Notes: a model not told the origin generated them from the letters alone. Shown: positions 9,410 through 18,640, numbered from the stretch's first letter. The stretch is DNA of 63,590 nt from a virus (IMGVR_UViG_3300014501_000004:1-63590), one strand, 5' to 3'. Numbers and translations are program-made.

Positions 9410-10459
9410 ATGCCTCCCCACGCCGACGTACTCCAATGGGAACATTTGCCGTTTCCCAAGTCTCTCAGGGACTTCCAGCGGCTGTTCAAAGACGACGCCG
9501 CTTGCGCCCGATACTTGGAGGGCGCGAAGTGGCCCAAGGGTTTTGTCTGCCCACATTGCGAGGAAAAGGGCGAGCCGTTCCGCATGGCGACCCGGACCAG
9601 CGTGTTGACCTGCCGCGCCTGCCGCAAGCAAACGTCGCTGACGGTCGATACCGTGATGCAGCGCACGCATACGCCGCTGACGGTCTGGTTTTGGGCGGCC
9701 TATCTGGTTTCCAGCATGACGCCCGGCATGTCCGCCGTGCAGTTCCAGCGCCAGCTTGGCCTGACCCGATACGAAACCGCGTTCCAAATTCTGCACAAGC
9801 TGCGGGCTGGCATGGTCCGCCAAGGCCGGGATCGGATCGGCGGCAACCTTGGGCGCGGCGATCACGTCGAAGTCGATGAAACCTACATCGGCGGCGTGGT
9901 ACGCGGCGAAGGTCAAGGCCCCAAGCCAGATGATTCCGTTCTGGTTTCCGCCGCCGTCGAAGTCCGCACTAGACCGGCCAAGAAGGGCGACAAGCCTACC
10001 CGACGCGGCGGGCGCTACGCTGGCCGCCTGCGGCTGGAAATCGTCCCCAACCGCTCGGCTAAGGCGCTGGTAGGCTTTGTGGAAAACGCGGTCGAACCCG
10101 GCGCGATGGTCATCACGGACGCGGCCCCGGCCTACAACAAACTCGGCATGTCGGGCTACGCCCATCTGCCCGTGGTCGAGGCCGGGAACCCGGAAGTTGC
10201 CGAGGAATTTCTGCCCATCGTTCACCTCGTTTTCTCGAACCTCAAGGCGTGGCTGCAAGGGACGCATCACGGGCGCGTCGAGCCGCAACACCTGCAAGCC
10301 TACCTCAATGAGTTCACGTTCCGCTTTAACCGGCGCTTCTACCCGTTCAACGCCTTCCGTTCGCTGCTCGGCATCGGGACCAACGGCGAAGGCCCGACCT
10401 ATGCCGGGATTTATGAGGGAACTTGGAAGCATCCGACGATGGAAACCCATCATGATTAA
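9410..10459 (+). CDS. IS1595-family transposase (ISSod11-like)
   Basis: WPKGFVCPHC..CRAC Zn ribbon, VEVDETYIGG, VITD, VHLVFSNLK, HLQAYLNEFTFRFNRR. Confidence 0.93.
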   Translation: MPPHADVLQWEHLPFPKSLRDFQRLFKDDAACARYLEGAKWPKGFVCPHCEEKGEPFRMATRTSVLTCRACRKQTSLTVDTVMQRTHTPLTVWFWAAYLVSSMTPGMSAVQFQRQLGLTRYETAFQILHKLRAGMVRQGRDRIGGNLGRGDHVEVDETYIGGVVRGEGQGPKPDDSVLVSAAVEVRTRPAKKGDKPTRRGGRYAGRLRLEIVPNRSAKALVGFVENAVEPGAMVITDAAPAYNKLGMSGYAHLPVVEAGNPEVAEEFLPIVHLVFSNLKAWLQGTHHGRVEPQHLQAYLNEFTFRFNRRFYPFNAFRSLLGIGTNGEGPTYAGIYEGTWKHPTMETHHD

Positions 10460-10686
10460 TCAACCTTTGGGGGCTGTATGTTCAAACCGGATAAGCATGA
10501 TTCACTTAAATGTCCCTGCCATTTATTTCGGAAATGAGTGGCGAGACAAATGCCATGACTGATCGCGGTGCCGCGGAAGATGTCGTGAACCCATTCCGAC
10601 GTGTCCTCGCGCTGTCGCACCTTGATGCCGATCTTGCAATGCGGGCAAACATCGTAAACGGTTTTGTCGAATTCTTCTCGGGTCAC
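10456..10686 (-). CDS. Hypothetical protein whose C-terminus is extended by the IS insertion
   Basis: Pre-insertion allele would end ...QGHLSE* overlapping the TPR gene GTG. Confidence 0.7.
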   Translation of the reverse strand: MTREEFDKTVYDVCPHCKIGIKVRQREDTSEWVHDIFRGTAISHGICLATHFRNKWQGHLSESCLSGLNIQPPKVD

Positions 10687-11360
10687 GTCGTCATCCTCCT
10701 GACCGCTTCCGGCGAGTAAGGCGTCCCGGCGCGAGAGACAAAGCCCTCCGCCGCCAGTTGTCGGCCGATCGCCCTTAAGGAAGCAGTCCGTGCCAGCACG
10801 CGCATGCGCGCCGCCGCCTGAACTTCCTGCTCATTAATCTCAAGCGTAGCCGACCGGCCCTCTCCAACCTTACGGAACCCGAACGGGATCTCGCCGACCG
10901 CGCCGCCGCGATCCTTCTTGGCCTTGCGGCCGGCCGCGGTGCGCTCCAGGATGCGCTGGCGCTCCATGTCGGCCACGGCGGCAAGGATGGTCAGGGTCAT
11001 CTTGCCGACGGCGGAGGACAGCGGCTCGGCGGAGATGTCATAGAGAATCAGGTCGACGCCCGCGGCCTTGAACTCCTCGAACATGGTGACGGCATCGCCG
11101 GCCGAACGGAACATGCGGTCGAGCTTGGACGAAATCACGACATCGCCGGGCTTCATGGCGCGAAGGAGATCGGCACCGGCCGGACGGAACGACAGCTTGG
11201 TCGCCCCGGACACGCCTGCATCGGTATAAATCTGGACGTCGAACTTGTCGGCACCGCGGACCCGGGCAATGCCTTCGATGACGTCGGTCTGGACCTGCAG
11301 GCTGGACCGGTCGTCCTTGGCCTGATCGAGCGAACTTACCCTGCAATATCCGAGTATCAT
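10683..11360 (-). CDS. Serine recombinase (resolvase family)
   Basis: GYCRVSS, DAGVSG, KLDRMFRS, ERQRILERTAAG, G..PFGF. Confidence 0.92.
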   Translation of the reverse strand: MILGYCRVSSLDQAKDDRSSLQVQTDVIEGIARVRGADKFDVQIYTDAGVSGATKLSFRPAGADLLRAMKPGDVVISSKLDRMFRSAGDAVTMFEEFKAAGVDLILYDISAEPLSSAVGKMTLTILAAVADMERQRILERTAAGRKAKKDRGGAVGEIPFGFRKVGEGRSATLEINEQEVQAAARMRVLARTASLRAIGRQLAAEGFVSRAGTPYSPEAVRRMTT

Positions 11361-11526
11361 TTTAGTCGCCCCCGTTAATCTTGAAATGTTTTATTGCGAT
11401 CTTTATACGTCTGCACGCACGCCGCGCCCATCAACAATACAACAGCCGTACACATCACCGACAAAACAACGATCGCCAAAACATCGCACATAGTAATTCT
11501 CCTTCGCGCGGCTACCTATGACTACC

Positions 11527-12528
11527 TCAAGCCGATTGCTTCGTCAAGGCCTGATCGCGTATCCACGGATAAGTGATGGCGAGCCCGTTCCACAAACTGG
11601 TCGAAGGCTCCCAGTCGAGGACTTTGCGGCACAAAGTATTATCCGATCCTCTCGCCGTCACCCCAACCGGACCGTCCACCCACCGATGCACCAGTACCTT
11701 GTTGGCGACGCGCAACACGGTCTCGAACAGTTCCATGATCGTGACAGTCTCGGCATTGGCAATGTTGAGCGGCTGGGTGTAGTCGGAGTCCATCAGACGC
11801 TGGATGCCGTCGATCACGTCGTCGACGTAGGTGAAGGATCGGCGGACACCACCATTACCCCAGAGATCGACAGTTCCAGCATAACTGGCTTGGGCGACCT
11901 TGCGGCAGATCGCTGCAGGAGCCTTAGCTCGATCACCATCCCACGTAGAGTAAGGACCGTAGGTGTTCCCGAGACGTCCAATACAACAGTCAATCCCGTA
12001 ATTGCGTCGGTAGGCGTCATACAATTTCTCCGCAAACATTTTCTCCTGCCCGAAAGCGAAGGTGTCGAAGTGGGCATCGGTCTCGCGATGGGCCGCGTTG
12101 TCGACGATGCCCCCGAAGCGTTCGGCGGCAAACGGATCGATCTCGAATTTGTCGGGATAGACGCACTGCGAGGAGGCAAAGAAAATCTTGCCGACGCTCT
12201 CGGTCTTCCGGATCGCCTCCAGGGTGTGAAGGTTGATCTTTACTGAATTAGTGAGAATAGCAGCGTCGTTAGCAGAATTGCCGATATAGCCAAGACCGCC
12301 AACCTCGGACGCGAATTGATACACCCGATCAAACTGATGGCGGAAATAATGGTGGTGAAACTCAGGAGGGTTAGCAAGATCCAGAATGTTAAGCTCATCG
12401 GCAACGCTCCTTCGATACAGCGGCGGGTGACGGGCTACGCTGACGACATGCCAGCCTTCTTCTTTTAGTCTGTACTCCATATGACCGCCAAGCATGCCGG
12501 AAGCGCCGAGCACGAGAGCTTTTTTCAT
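11527..12528 (-). CDS. NAD-dependent nucleotide-sugar epimerase (GDP-mannose 3,5-epimerase-like)
   Basis: GASGMLG, VGGLGYI, FASSQCVYP, KAPAAICRKV, RSFTYVDD, GPVGVTARGSDN. Confidence 0.85.
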   Translation of the reverse strand: MKKALVLGASGMLGGHMEYRLKEEGWHVVSVARHPPLYRRSVADELNILDLANPPEFHHHYFRHQFDRVYQFASEVGGLGYIGNSANDAAILTNSVKINLHTLEAIRKTESVGKIFFASSQCVYPDKFEIDPFAAERFGGIVDNAAHRETDAHFDTFAFGQEKMFAEKLYDAYRRNYGIDCCIGRLGNTYGPYSTWDGDRAKAPAAICRKVAQASYAGTVDLWGNGGVRRSFTYVDDVIDGIQRLMDSDYTQPLNIANAETVTIMELFETVLRVANKVLVHRWVDGPVGVTARGSDNTLCRKVLDWEPSTSLWNGLAITYPWIRDQALTKQSA

Positions 12529-13010
12529 TTCCACTCCGTTACAATGTTCATAGCTATGCTGGACTCAGCCAACCGCATTGTTGCGCCGATCCCGAACGCC
12601 GCGAGCACGGCAGGCGCTCCACTATTTGCTTCGGCCCTCCGCCCATCGGGGTAGTGAAAATAAAGCCTATCCTTCAAAAATCCAATTGCGTCGGCACGTT
12701 CCCAAATCGGTTCAAACCATTCAGCTTCGGTCCGCGCGTGTACCAAAGCGATGCCGCCCGGCTTATGTCGCGATAGTCTATCAATCCATAAACCGACCTT
12801 ATAACGATGAAAAGGCGGGTTGAGCCAAACAAATCCATTCCACGGCATGTTCAGTCCGCGTGATGTAAACTGGAACGTCGCACACGGCCATGGCTGCGTT
12901 ACCGATGCACACGGATCTAAATCGAATGGGCCAAGATCGTCGATGATTAATTTCGGCGTGATCCAGTCTTGCGAATCGCCGATCGTTTTCTGGTGACTGC
13001 CTAGTGTCAT
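12525..13010 (-). CDS. Phage Dam-like DNA N6-adenine methyltransferase
   Basis: WITP, FDLDPCA, VWLNPPF, ARTEAEWF. Confidence 0.85.
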   Translation of the reverse strand: MTLGSHQKTIGDSQDWITPKLIIDDLGPFDLDPCASVTQPWPCATFQFTSRGLNMPWNGFVWLNPPFHRYKVGLWIDRLSRHKPGGIALVHARTEAEWFEPIWERADAIGFLKDRLYFHYPDGRRAEANSGAPAVLAAFGIGATMRLAESSIAMNIVTEWK

Positions 13011-14254
13011 ATCGCCTCCGGCAATTGCGACCAGTCGAACCTGAATGTCGTATCCAGCACCTGCGCATCGGCGGTCTGCAGCCCGTAGAATACCGCGCCC
13101 TCGGCCATCTTCAACTCGATCGTCCGCGGCACCGGCCCGCCCGGCACGTCGATATTGACAAAGTGGCCCGTCACGCCGGGCGGCAACGGCGGCTCGGCCT
13201 TAAATCCAGAGCGGGTGTCGGTCAGGGTCACGCCCGCGCCGGCCGAGCCGCCAGAGAGGAGGAATGAAGACGAACCAGAAATACGCAACGAAAGAGATGC
13301 GCCGCCCGGACCAGCACGGTAGGCGAACGGGCCGAAGCCTTGACTCCATTGCAATTCCAAATTGCCTTGCCATGCGGACTCCCGCAGATGCCCGAGCTGG
13401 TGAGGGAAGATGAGCATGCCACCGTTCTGCCGATGAATGATGTTCGGCCCGTCCAGTTTGTACTGCTTTGCTCTAATTCCGGCAAGGCTGTTGCGATAGC
13501 GCTCGAATGCAAGATTGTCGCGCTGCTTCTCGACCGGGCCGGTGGTCAGGTTCAACATCGTAGACAGACTAAGATCCTCCCAAGGCATCTGCGCTTTCGA
13601 CGGCGTCAGCGCGAGACTGGCCAGTCCGTGCCGGGCAAGTTGGGCTTCCCATCCCCAGTCGGTCGTGGTCCACTCGCGGAAGCCGATCCAGGTGTTGAGG
13701 TCGATGCCGCTGAGCTGGGCGAACAGCCAGCGATTGGATGGATACCATGTGGTTCGGAAAGATCGCAGCACGATCTCGGCAGCTTCGCGGGTAAATATGA
13801 TGAACCCTGCTCCGATGTTGTGCATGACAGCCCAGCCATCACGCTGTATAAGAACTCGGTCGGTATAGGATCGAGCAGAGACCGCGCCCACTTCAAGTCC
13901 ATCTGCTTTCCCTTTCTCGAACAGCGCCATCGTCGGTTCGAACCAGTCTTCGTCGAGCAAGACGTCGTTTTCGATGATGCCGATGTGGGTGTACGGTAGC
14001 TTCAAAAGCTCGGTCAGCTTGAACGCGATGGCGCTGTCTGCCCCGCCTCGGATGTTGCGGTGGACTTGATACACTTCACCCTTGGAGGCTTCGAGATAAG
14101 CAAGCGCGGCGGAGTCGGTCGAACCGTCAACCCAGTGAAGATCGTACTTCCCGGTGTATCCTGAAACGCGCGGCAAAGTACGCTGTGTCAACTCAAGCTG
14201 ATTTTTTGTAGAGTAAACAAGCCCCAACTTCACGGTGCGAACTCCCCTGGTCAT
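13007..14254 (-). CDS. Glycosyltransferase (GT-A fold) with C-terminal extension
   Basis: VDGSTD and IIENDVLL motifs; start at ATG 14254 or GTG 14233. Confidence 0.7.
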   Translation of the reverse strand: MTRGVRTVKLGLVYSTKNQLELTQRTLPRVSGYTGKYDLHWVDGSTDSAALAYLEASKGEVYQVHRNIRGGADSAIAFKLTELLKLPYTHIGIIENDVLLDEDWFEPTMALFEKGKADGLEVGAVSARSYTDRVLIQRDGWAVMHNIGAGFIIFTREAAEIVLRSFRTTWYPSNRWLFAQLSGIDLNTWIGFREWTTTDWGWEAQLARHGLASLALTPSKAQMPWEDLSLSTMLNLTTGPVEKQRDNLAFERYRNSLAGIRAKQYKLDGPNIIHRQNGGMLIFPHQLGHLRESAWQGNLELQWSQGFGPFAYRAGPGGASLSLRISGSSSFLLSGGSAGAGVTLTDTRSGFKAEPPLPPGVTGHFVNIDVPGGPVPRTIELKMAEGAVFYGLQTADAQVLDTTFRFDWSQLPEAI

Positions 14255-15282
14255 AGGACAGACTCGCAATCTTCGAGCCACGCCAATGCTGCAGGCACGG
14301 CTTGCTTAGGATACCAGTCGGCGTGTGCCAGCGCGTTGTATATGATTCGCGTGTCGTCGATCACGGACTTTAGCGGAAGCGGGATGCTGTCCAGCAGTTC
14401 GGCCATCTTTGTGACGTTGCTCATTCCATCTATCTCAGCGCGAAGATCAACCATTAAGTCGTGCGGGTTTCGCTGCTGTAAGGTGAATGGAGGTCCGAAA
14501 TGCGCATGGTACCCGCGCTCCCGCATCACTCGCTGCACAACAAGCGCAGCAAAAATATCATCGTGGCGGCCACATCCCGGCGCCATGAACCATGCAGGAA
14601 TGAGTTCTCGAATCACCGCGGTATTCTGACTATTGAACACGGTCCACGTATTCGGATCGACAACCACGCCGGTCTGCCCAAGCAAGTGAACGCCGCCGAT
14701 GTCGGGGCGATGCTCCATGCGGGTGACGGCATCGACGTCAGGATCACCGATCACGAGGCCAGCGGCTACTCCGATCTTGGCGTCGGTGACGGGCTCGGCG
14801 TGTTTCGTACGCGGCGTGACGTGGGGGAAGCCGCGGTGGCGGGTCGGAGGAACGAGAAGCGTGCCGGGGTCGAACCAACCGTTGAGTCCGCTGACTTTGA
14901 TGCCGTTCCATAGATGTCTTTGTTCGAACACCACGGCTGTTTTGAACGCCCACTCGATATGCGCGAAGTGATTACGATCTATGTTCAGATTGTCGTCATC
15001 CCAACTGTAGATAACATCCGCTCCCCATTTGAGCGCTTCGAGGAAAGCAATGTTGCGGCGGGCGATGGTGTTAAATCCGATGGCATCAGCACATTTCCAC
15101 CGCTCCCACGCATCGAAATATACGACCTGCGTATGGCTCACGTCGTAAGTGCAAAAGTTAGCGGCGGCCTCGGGTGTCTTTTTATCGATCGCCACGAAAA
15201 ACCGGACGTCCTCGCTGCACTTCCGAAGCAGCTTGAGAGCGTGGGGGACGTGGATTACCGTGGTGCAAAGTGCAGTCTTCAT
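14251..15282 (-). CDS. RGP/STELLO-like glycosyltransferase or nucleotide-sugar mutase
   Basis: DKKTP, RRNIAFL, DDDN, RGFP, GDPDVDA, FNSQNT, GRHDDI, RNPHDL. Confidence 0.8.
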   Translation of the reverse strand: MKTALCTTVIHVPHALKLLRKCSEDVRFFVAIDKKTPEAAANFCTYDVSHTQVVYFDAWERWKCADAIGFNTIARRNIAFLEALKWGADVIYSWDDDNLNIDRNHFAHIEWAFKTAVVFEQRHLWNGIKVSGLNGWFDPGTLLVPPTRHRGFPHVTPRTKHAEPVTDAKIGVAAGLVIGDPDVDAVTRMEHRPDIGGVHLLGQTGVVVDPNTWTVFNSQNTAVIRELIPAWFMAPGCGRHDDIFAALVVQRVMRERGYHAHFGPPFTLQQRNPHDLMVDLRAEIDGMSNVTKMAELLDSIPLPLKSVIDDTRIIYNALAHADWYPKQAVPAALAWLEDCESVL

Positions 15283-15346
15283 CTATTAAACCACCATACC
15301 AGTGCTACTAAAATAAAAGCTATTGCGCATCCTATTGCGAACGCTG

Positions 15347-16006
15347 TCATTTTATATTTTTCCTCCGCCGATTCAGTCCGTACAACCTGCGCAGCGCCTT
15401 GGCGTCGTACTCATGTGAGTTATCGATCGTCTTGATCGCCGCCTTCGAAGCGCGATACCCGCGCTCGTGCTCGTAAACCTCGCCCCACAGTTCGACGGTA
15501 CCGGTTACGACGATATCACCGCCTGTCTGTGCGCCGTATTCGGCCATCAGCAACACGCTCTTGAAAGCATGAATGCCGTCACCTCCAGCTGCATCGCCCT
15601 CGACAATCTCGCCCGGCATCCAGCGAAATGTTCGCTGGAACACGCTATGCAGAATACCGTCTTTCAAAATCCAGTTGCGATAAGCCACGACCTCGCCAGC
15701 GCGGATTCCGGCATCCTCGAATACGGGAGGCGGGAAGCCCGGTGGTTGCGTTATTCCGCCGGAACTGGTTGCGGGCTGGCCGGTACCGGCGAAGCCGGTG
15801 TTGAAGGTGAACTGGGCAACGGGCTGACCCGCGGCTCCGGAGCCTCCACCGGATGCCGGGTCGGGATCGCTACGAACTTTTTTAAAGGGCTGCCAATATC
15901 TGCCACGGGCGAATTCTCCTGCCAGTTTGAAGATTCGTATATAAGGCTCGGTCGCGCGCCGCCAACGCTCGGTAAACAAAATCCACTTCACCCGACGATC
16001 GGTCAC
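15347..16006 (-). CDS. Hypothetical protein
   Basis: C-terminal GIHAF...GTVELWGEVYEHERGYRA domain after a Gly/Pro linker. Confidence 0.65.
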   Translation of the reverse strand: MTDRRVKWILFTERWRRATEPYIRIFKLAGEFARGRYWQPFKKVRSDPDPASGGGSGAAGQPVAQFTFNTGFAGTGQPATSSGGITQPPGFPPPVFEDAGIRAGEVVAYRNWILKDGILHSVFQRTFRWMPGEIVEGDAAGGDGIHAFKSVLLMAEYGAQTGGDIVVTGTVELWGEVYEHERGYRASKAAIKTIDNSHEYDAKALRRLYGLNRRRKNIK

Positions 16007-16121
16007 GCGGTCACGCGGTCAAGCGCGTTGGCATCGAACGGCTTGAGCATCACGTCGGCAAAATCGTCGCCCATCGGATTGCGCAGCATGCGCTTGATGA
16101 TCCATGTCGGAAGGTACAAGC

Positions 16122-16325
16122 TCATTCGGTCCTCGCATTCAAAAACGTGATCTGCCCCTGCAGCGTCCGCCTGATCCAGTCCGACTGGGTTCGACCCTCC
16201 TTCCTCGCAGCCGCCTTGATCGCCCGGTCGAGAACGCGCGGGATCTTGACCGAGGTCACAACCGTCATCGTCGGGCGCTTCTTTCGAAGCCGGGCGATCG
16301 TGCGTAGGGGGAGGAGGCGGTTCAT
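16122..16325 (-). CDS. Ribbon-helix-helix DNA-binding protein
   Basis: TSVKIPRVLDRAIKAAARKEGRTQSDWIRR. Confidence 0.75.
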   Translation of the reverse strand: MNRLLPLRTIARLRKKRPTMTVVTSVKIPRVLDRAIKAAARKEGRTQSDWIRRTLQGQITFLNARTE

Positions 16326-16326
16326 C

Positions 16327-16575
16327 TCAGGAAGTGAGTTCCTTGACGATCCACATCACGGCATTTTCGAGCGACGTGATGGCAAGAGCGTTGTAGCGGC
16401 CGGGCTTGACCTGACCGAACAGCGTCTCCAGCTCAGACGCCTTGGTCTTGAGCGCATCGTGCAGCGCCTTCTCGTCATCACTCAGCGCGCGATAAGTGGG
16501 ACGGAAGCGGCTGACCTTCAACTTCGGATCGTCGGACTGCCGGGAATCGGGCTTGCCTTCGTAAACATTGGCCAT
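16327..16575 (-). CDS. Acb2-like anti-CBASS sponge candidate
   Basis: YRALSDDEK...KASELE...PGRYNALAITSLENAVMW resembles the Acb2 pattern as recalled; AAAGGAG RBS. Confidence 0.65.
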   Translation of the reverse strand: MANVYEGKPDSRQSDDPKLKVSRFRPTYRALSDDEKALHDALKTKASELETLFGQVKPGRYNALAITSLENAVMWIVKELTS

Positions 16576-16594
16576 GTCAATCTCCTTTGATGAA

Positions 16595-16677
16595 TGAAAA
16601 CGAGGCGCCGCTACTCAAAGATGGGGGTTGAGAACGGCGCCTCGCGCCCGGTGGCCTAGGGGGGCTGGGCCGCGAGC
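16595..16677 (-). ncRNA. Candidate small RNA or structured leader
   Basis: Perfect 10-bp stem 16601-16610/16635-16644, C-rich loops, U-run, upstream TTGACA. Confidence 0.35.
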
Positions 16678-16826
16678 TTCGGGAGTGTTGACTACCTTTG
16701 GCTACTTGTCAACAGCGGAAAGCTTTAGCTTTTCGTTTTTTATTGGGGCTCCCGCTGAAAGCGGGGGCTACTTGTCAAGCGCCTCGCGTGTGATCGACGA
16801 TAAATTTCACCGGCTCCCAGCGCTGC

Positions 16827-17222
16827 TCAAAGGTCAGGGAGTACGGGCGCGGAGTCAGCAATATCGTCAGCAGGAACGCCAGTACCGCCGCTATCAACAG
16901 GATTGCCCACAGTTTTCTTTGGTCGACCATTTCGCTTCACCTTCCCCGCATAAGCGGCTTTCCGTTTCAATTTCGGCCGCAGCCGGCCTTCCTTGCGTAA
17001 TTGTTCGACCACGGCCTTCTCCGCGATCGAGTTGACCTTGTGGCGCTCCAACAGGCCCCGAACGGCGACCTCCACGAGATGAGGAATATCTTCCCGCTTG
17101 CCCATGCGCCAGATCGTGGAGACGTTGAGCCCCAGATTAAGCGCGAGTTGGGAACGCCAGCGATGCGGGCCGTACATTTTTTTGCCGATGCGTTCGAACT
17201 CTAGCGGGGTCATGGCTTTCAA
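16827..17222 (-). CDS. HTH DNA-binding protein
   Basis: WRSQLALNLGLNVSTIWRM. Confidence 0.7.
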   Translation of the reverse strand: MKAMTPLEFERIGKKMYGPHRWRSQLALNLGLNVSTIWRMGKREDIPHLVEVAVRGLLERHKVNSIAEKAVVEQLRKEGRLRPKLKRKAAYAGKVKRNGRPKKTVGNPVDSGGTGVPADDIADSAPVLPDL

Positions 17223-17528
17223 TCTATCTCGATGCCGCGCAGCCAGCCAATGAAATCGCAGATGCCAATGGCGAGCAGAATTGCCACTGCATAAAATATA
17301 ACGGTTGCGATAACGTCGATCATATATCCACCGCTTCCAGAACGTCGTCGATCAGCGGAACGAGGTGCCTGGCATCCGCGCGCAACGGCTCGTGGCTGAT
17401 CGGCCAGCGGCGCCCGGTCAGCTCGTTCCATAATCCCGGATTCTCCGCCGCCATGTTGCCGAGCACCGTGCGACAACGCCGAAGTAAAGCAACGAGATCG
17501 TCTGTCGCCTCTTTGCAAACGAGAGCCA

Positions 17529-17744
17529 TCAGATCAACTCCTTGTCGATCGCCAGCCACTCAGGCAGCGTCACGATGCTCGGGCCTCGCGTCTCCGTCAC
17601 CTCGACTTGCGATTTAGGGAGCCAGACATCCCGGACGCCATCGTGAACCAGGAAGGCTTTGAGCGTTTCAGCGCGGATCTCGACAGCAAGGTCGATGAGG
17701 TCGCTTTTCATACCCAGCGCCTGAAGCCTTTGGTCGGATGCCAC
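17529..17744 (-). CDS. Hypothetical phage protein
   Basis: ETLKAFLV...VWLPKSQV...LPEWLAIDKEL pattern common in small phage proteins. Confidence 0.7.
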   Translation of the reverse strand: MASDQRLQALGMKSDLIDLAVEIRAETLKAFLVHDGVRDVWLPKSQVEVTETRGPSIVTLPEWLAIDKELI

Positions 17745-18361
17745 TCGTACTTGCGGCCGGTGGCGGGATCAACGCGAATCGAAATGCGACGCGCCATCGT
17801 ACCAGGCTTGCCCTTCTCGGCACGGGACTTGGGCGTGCGGCCCCAGCGGCGGATGCTCATAAGCGGATTTTCCTTCGATGTTTTTCGGGTCGGGGGTGTG
17901 GAAACTCACTACGAACCTCCGCAGGCTCGGCGGCGGGTGTTTTAAACTATACGGTGGGGTCGTGCGGGATGCAATAGACGTTTTCGGATTTTTGAAATTT
18001 TTTTGGGGGACGTGCGGTTAGGCCTACCCAAGATTTTAATTCGCCGCGGGCCATCGCTTTGCGCGAGTGGTCACGCGATTGTGATGTATACAATACACCA
18101 CGGGCTAGCCTGGTCGAGGTCGAAAGTGTGCGGAGCCTCGCACTACCTTTAACGATTGCGGTTAAGCCTTTGAATTGATTAGTGTTTAGCGTTTGATCTC
18201 GCTGGCGTCTGTCTCTCACTCTTGAGTGTGAGACGGCTGGCGCTACGGCCTGACGGTTGGCGACCGATTAAATACCCTTTTCGGCTTGATGTGGTTCGCG
18301 TTTCGTGCTAGGCGCCTGAATGTTATAACATTACATCTAGCAAGCGCCCCTCGGGTATGGC

Positions 18362-18640
18362 GTGTTTTTCGTCATGGCACCTGAAACGGCTTTCGAGCGT
18401 ACTATCCGCCGGCTAGGCGAGACTAACCTGGTCGCGCTATTCGGTCACCGCGTCGCACGCACCACAATTGCTAATTGGCGTGCCGGCCGGCGCAATGTCC
18501 CGCCCTGGGCGATCGACCTGTTACGCAACAAAATCCGCGCGGCTCATGAAAGCGAACTGGCGGATCTGTCACAGGTTAAAGCTGGTCCGGGATTGCGCGC
18601 TGGCGCCAAAAACCTAGCGGCGTATCTGGCGCGGCGTTAG
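18362..18640 (+). CDS. Cro-like HTH protein
   Basis: VARTTIANWRAGRRNVPPW. Confidence 0.6.
   Translation: MFFVMAPETAFERTIRRLGETNLVALFGHRVARTTIANWRAGRRNVPPWAIDLLRNKIRAAHESELADLSQVKAGPGLRAGAKNLAAYLARR

Larger units (their letters stand above)
8603..10499 (+). mobile_element. IS1595-family insertion sequence with three passenger genes (transporter IS)
   Basis: ~30-bp imperfect TIRs starting CATGCTTATCCGGTT; 8-bp TSD ATTCACTT at 8595-8602 and 10500-10507; DDE-type transposase. Confidence 0.95.

Noticed and set aside
8597-10453. 618-aa antisense ORF as a functional protein
   Set aside because: It is the codon-aligned mirror of the IS genes with no recognisable domain; kept only as a translation-continuity hypothesis.
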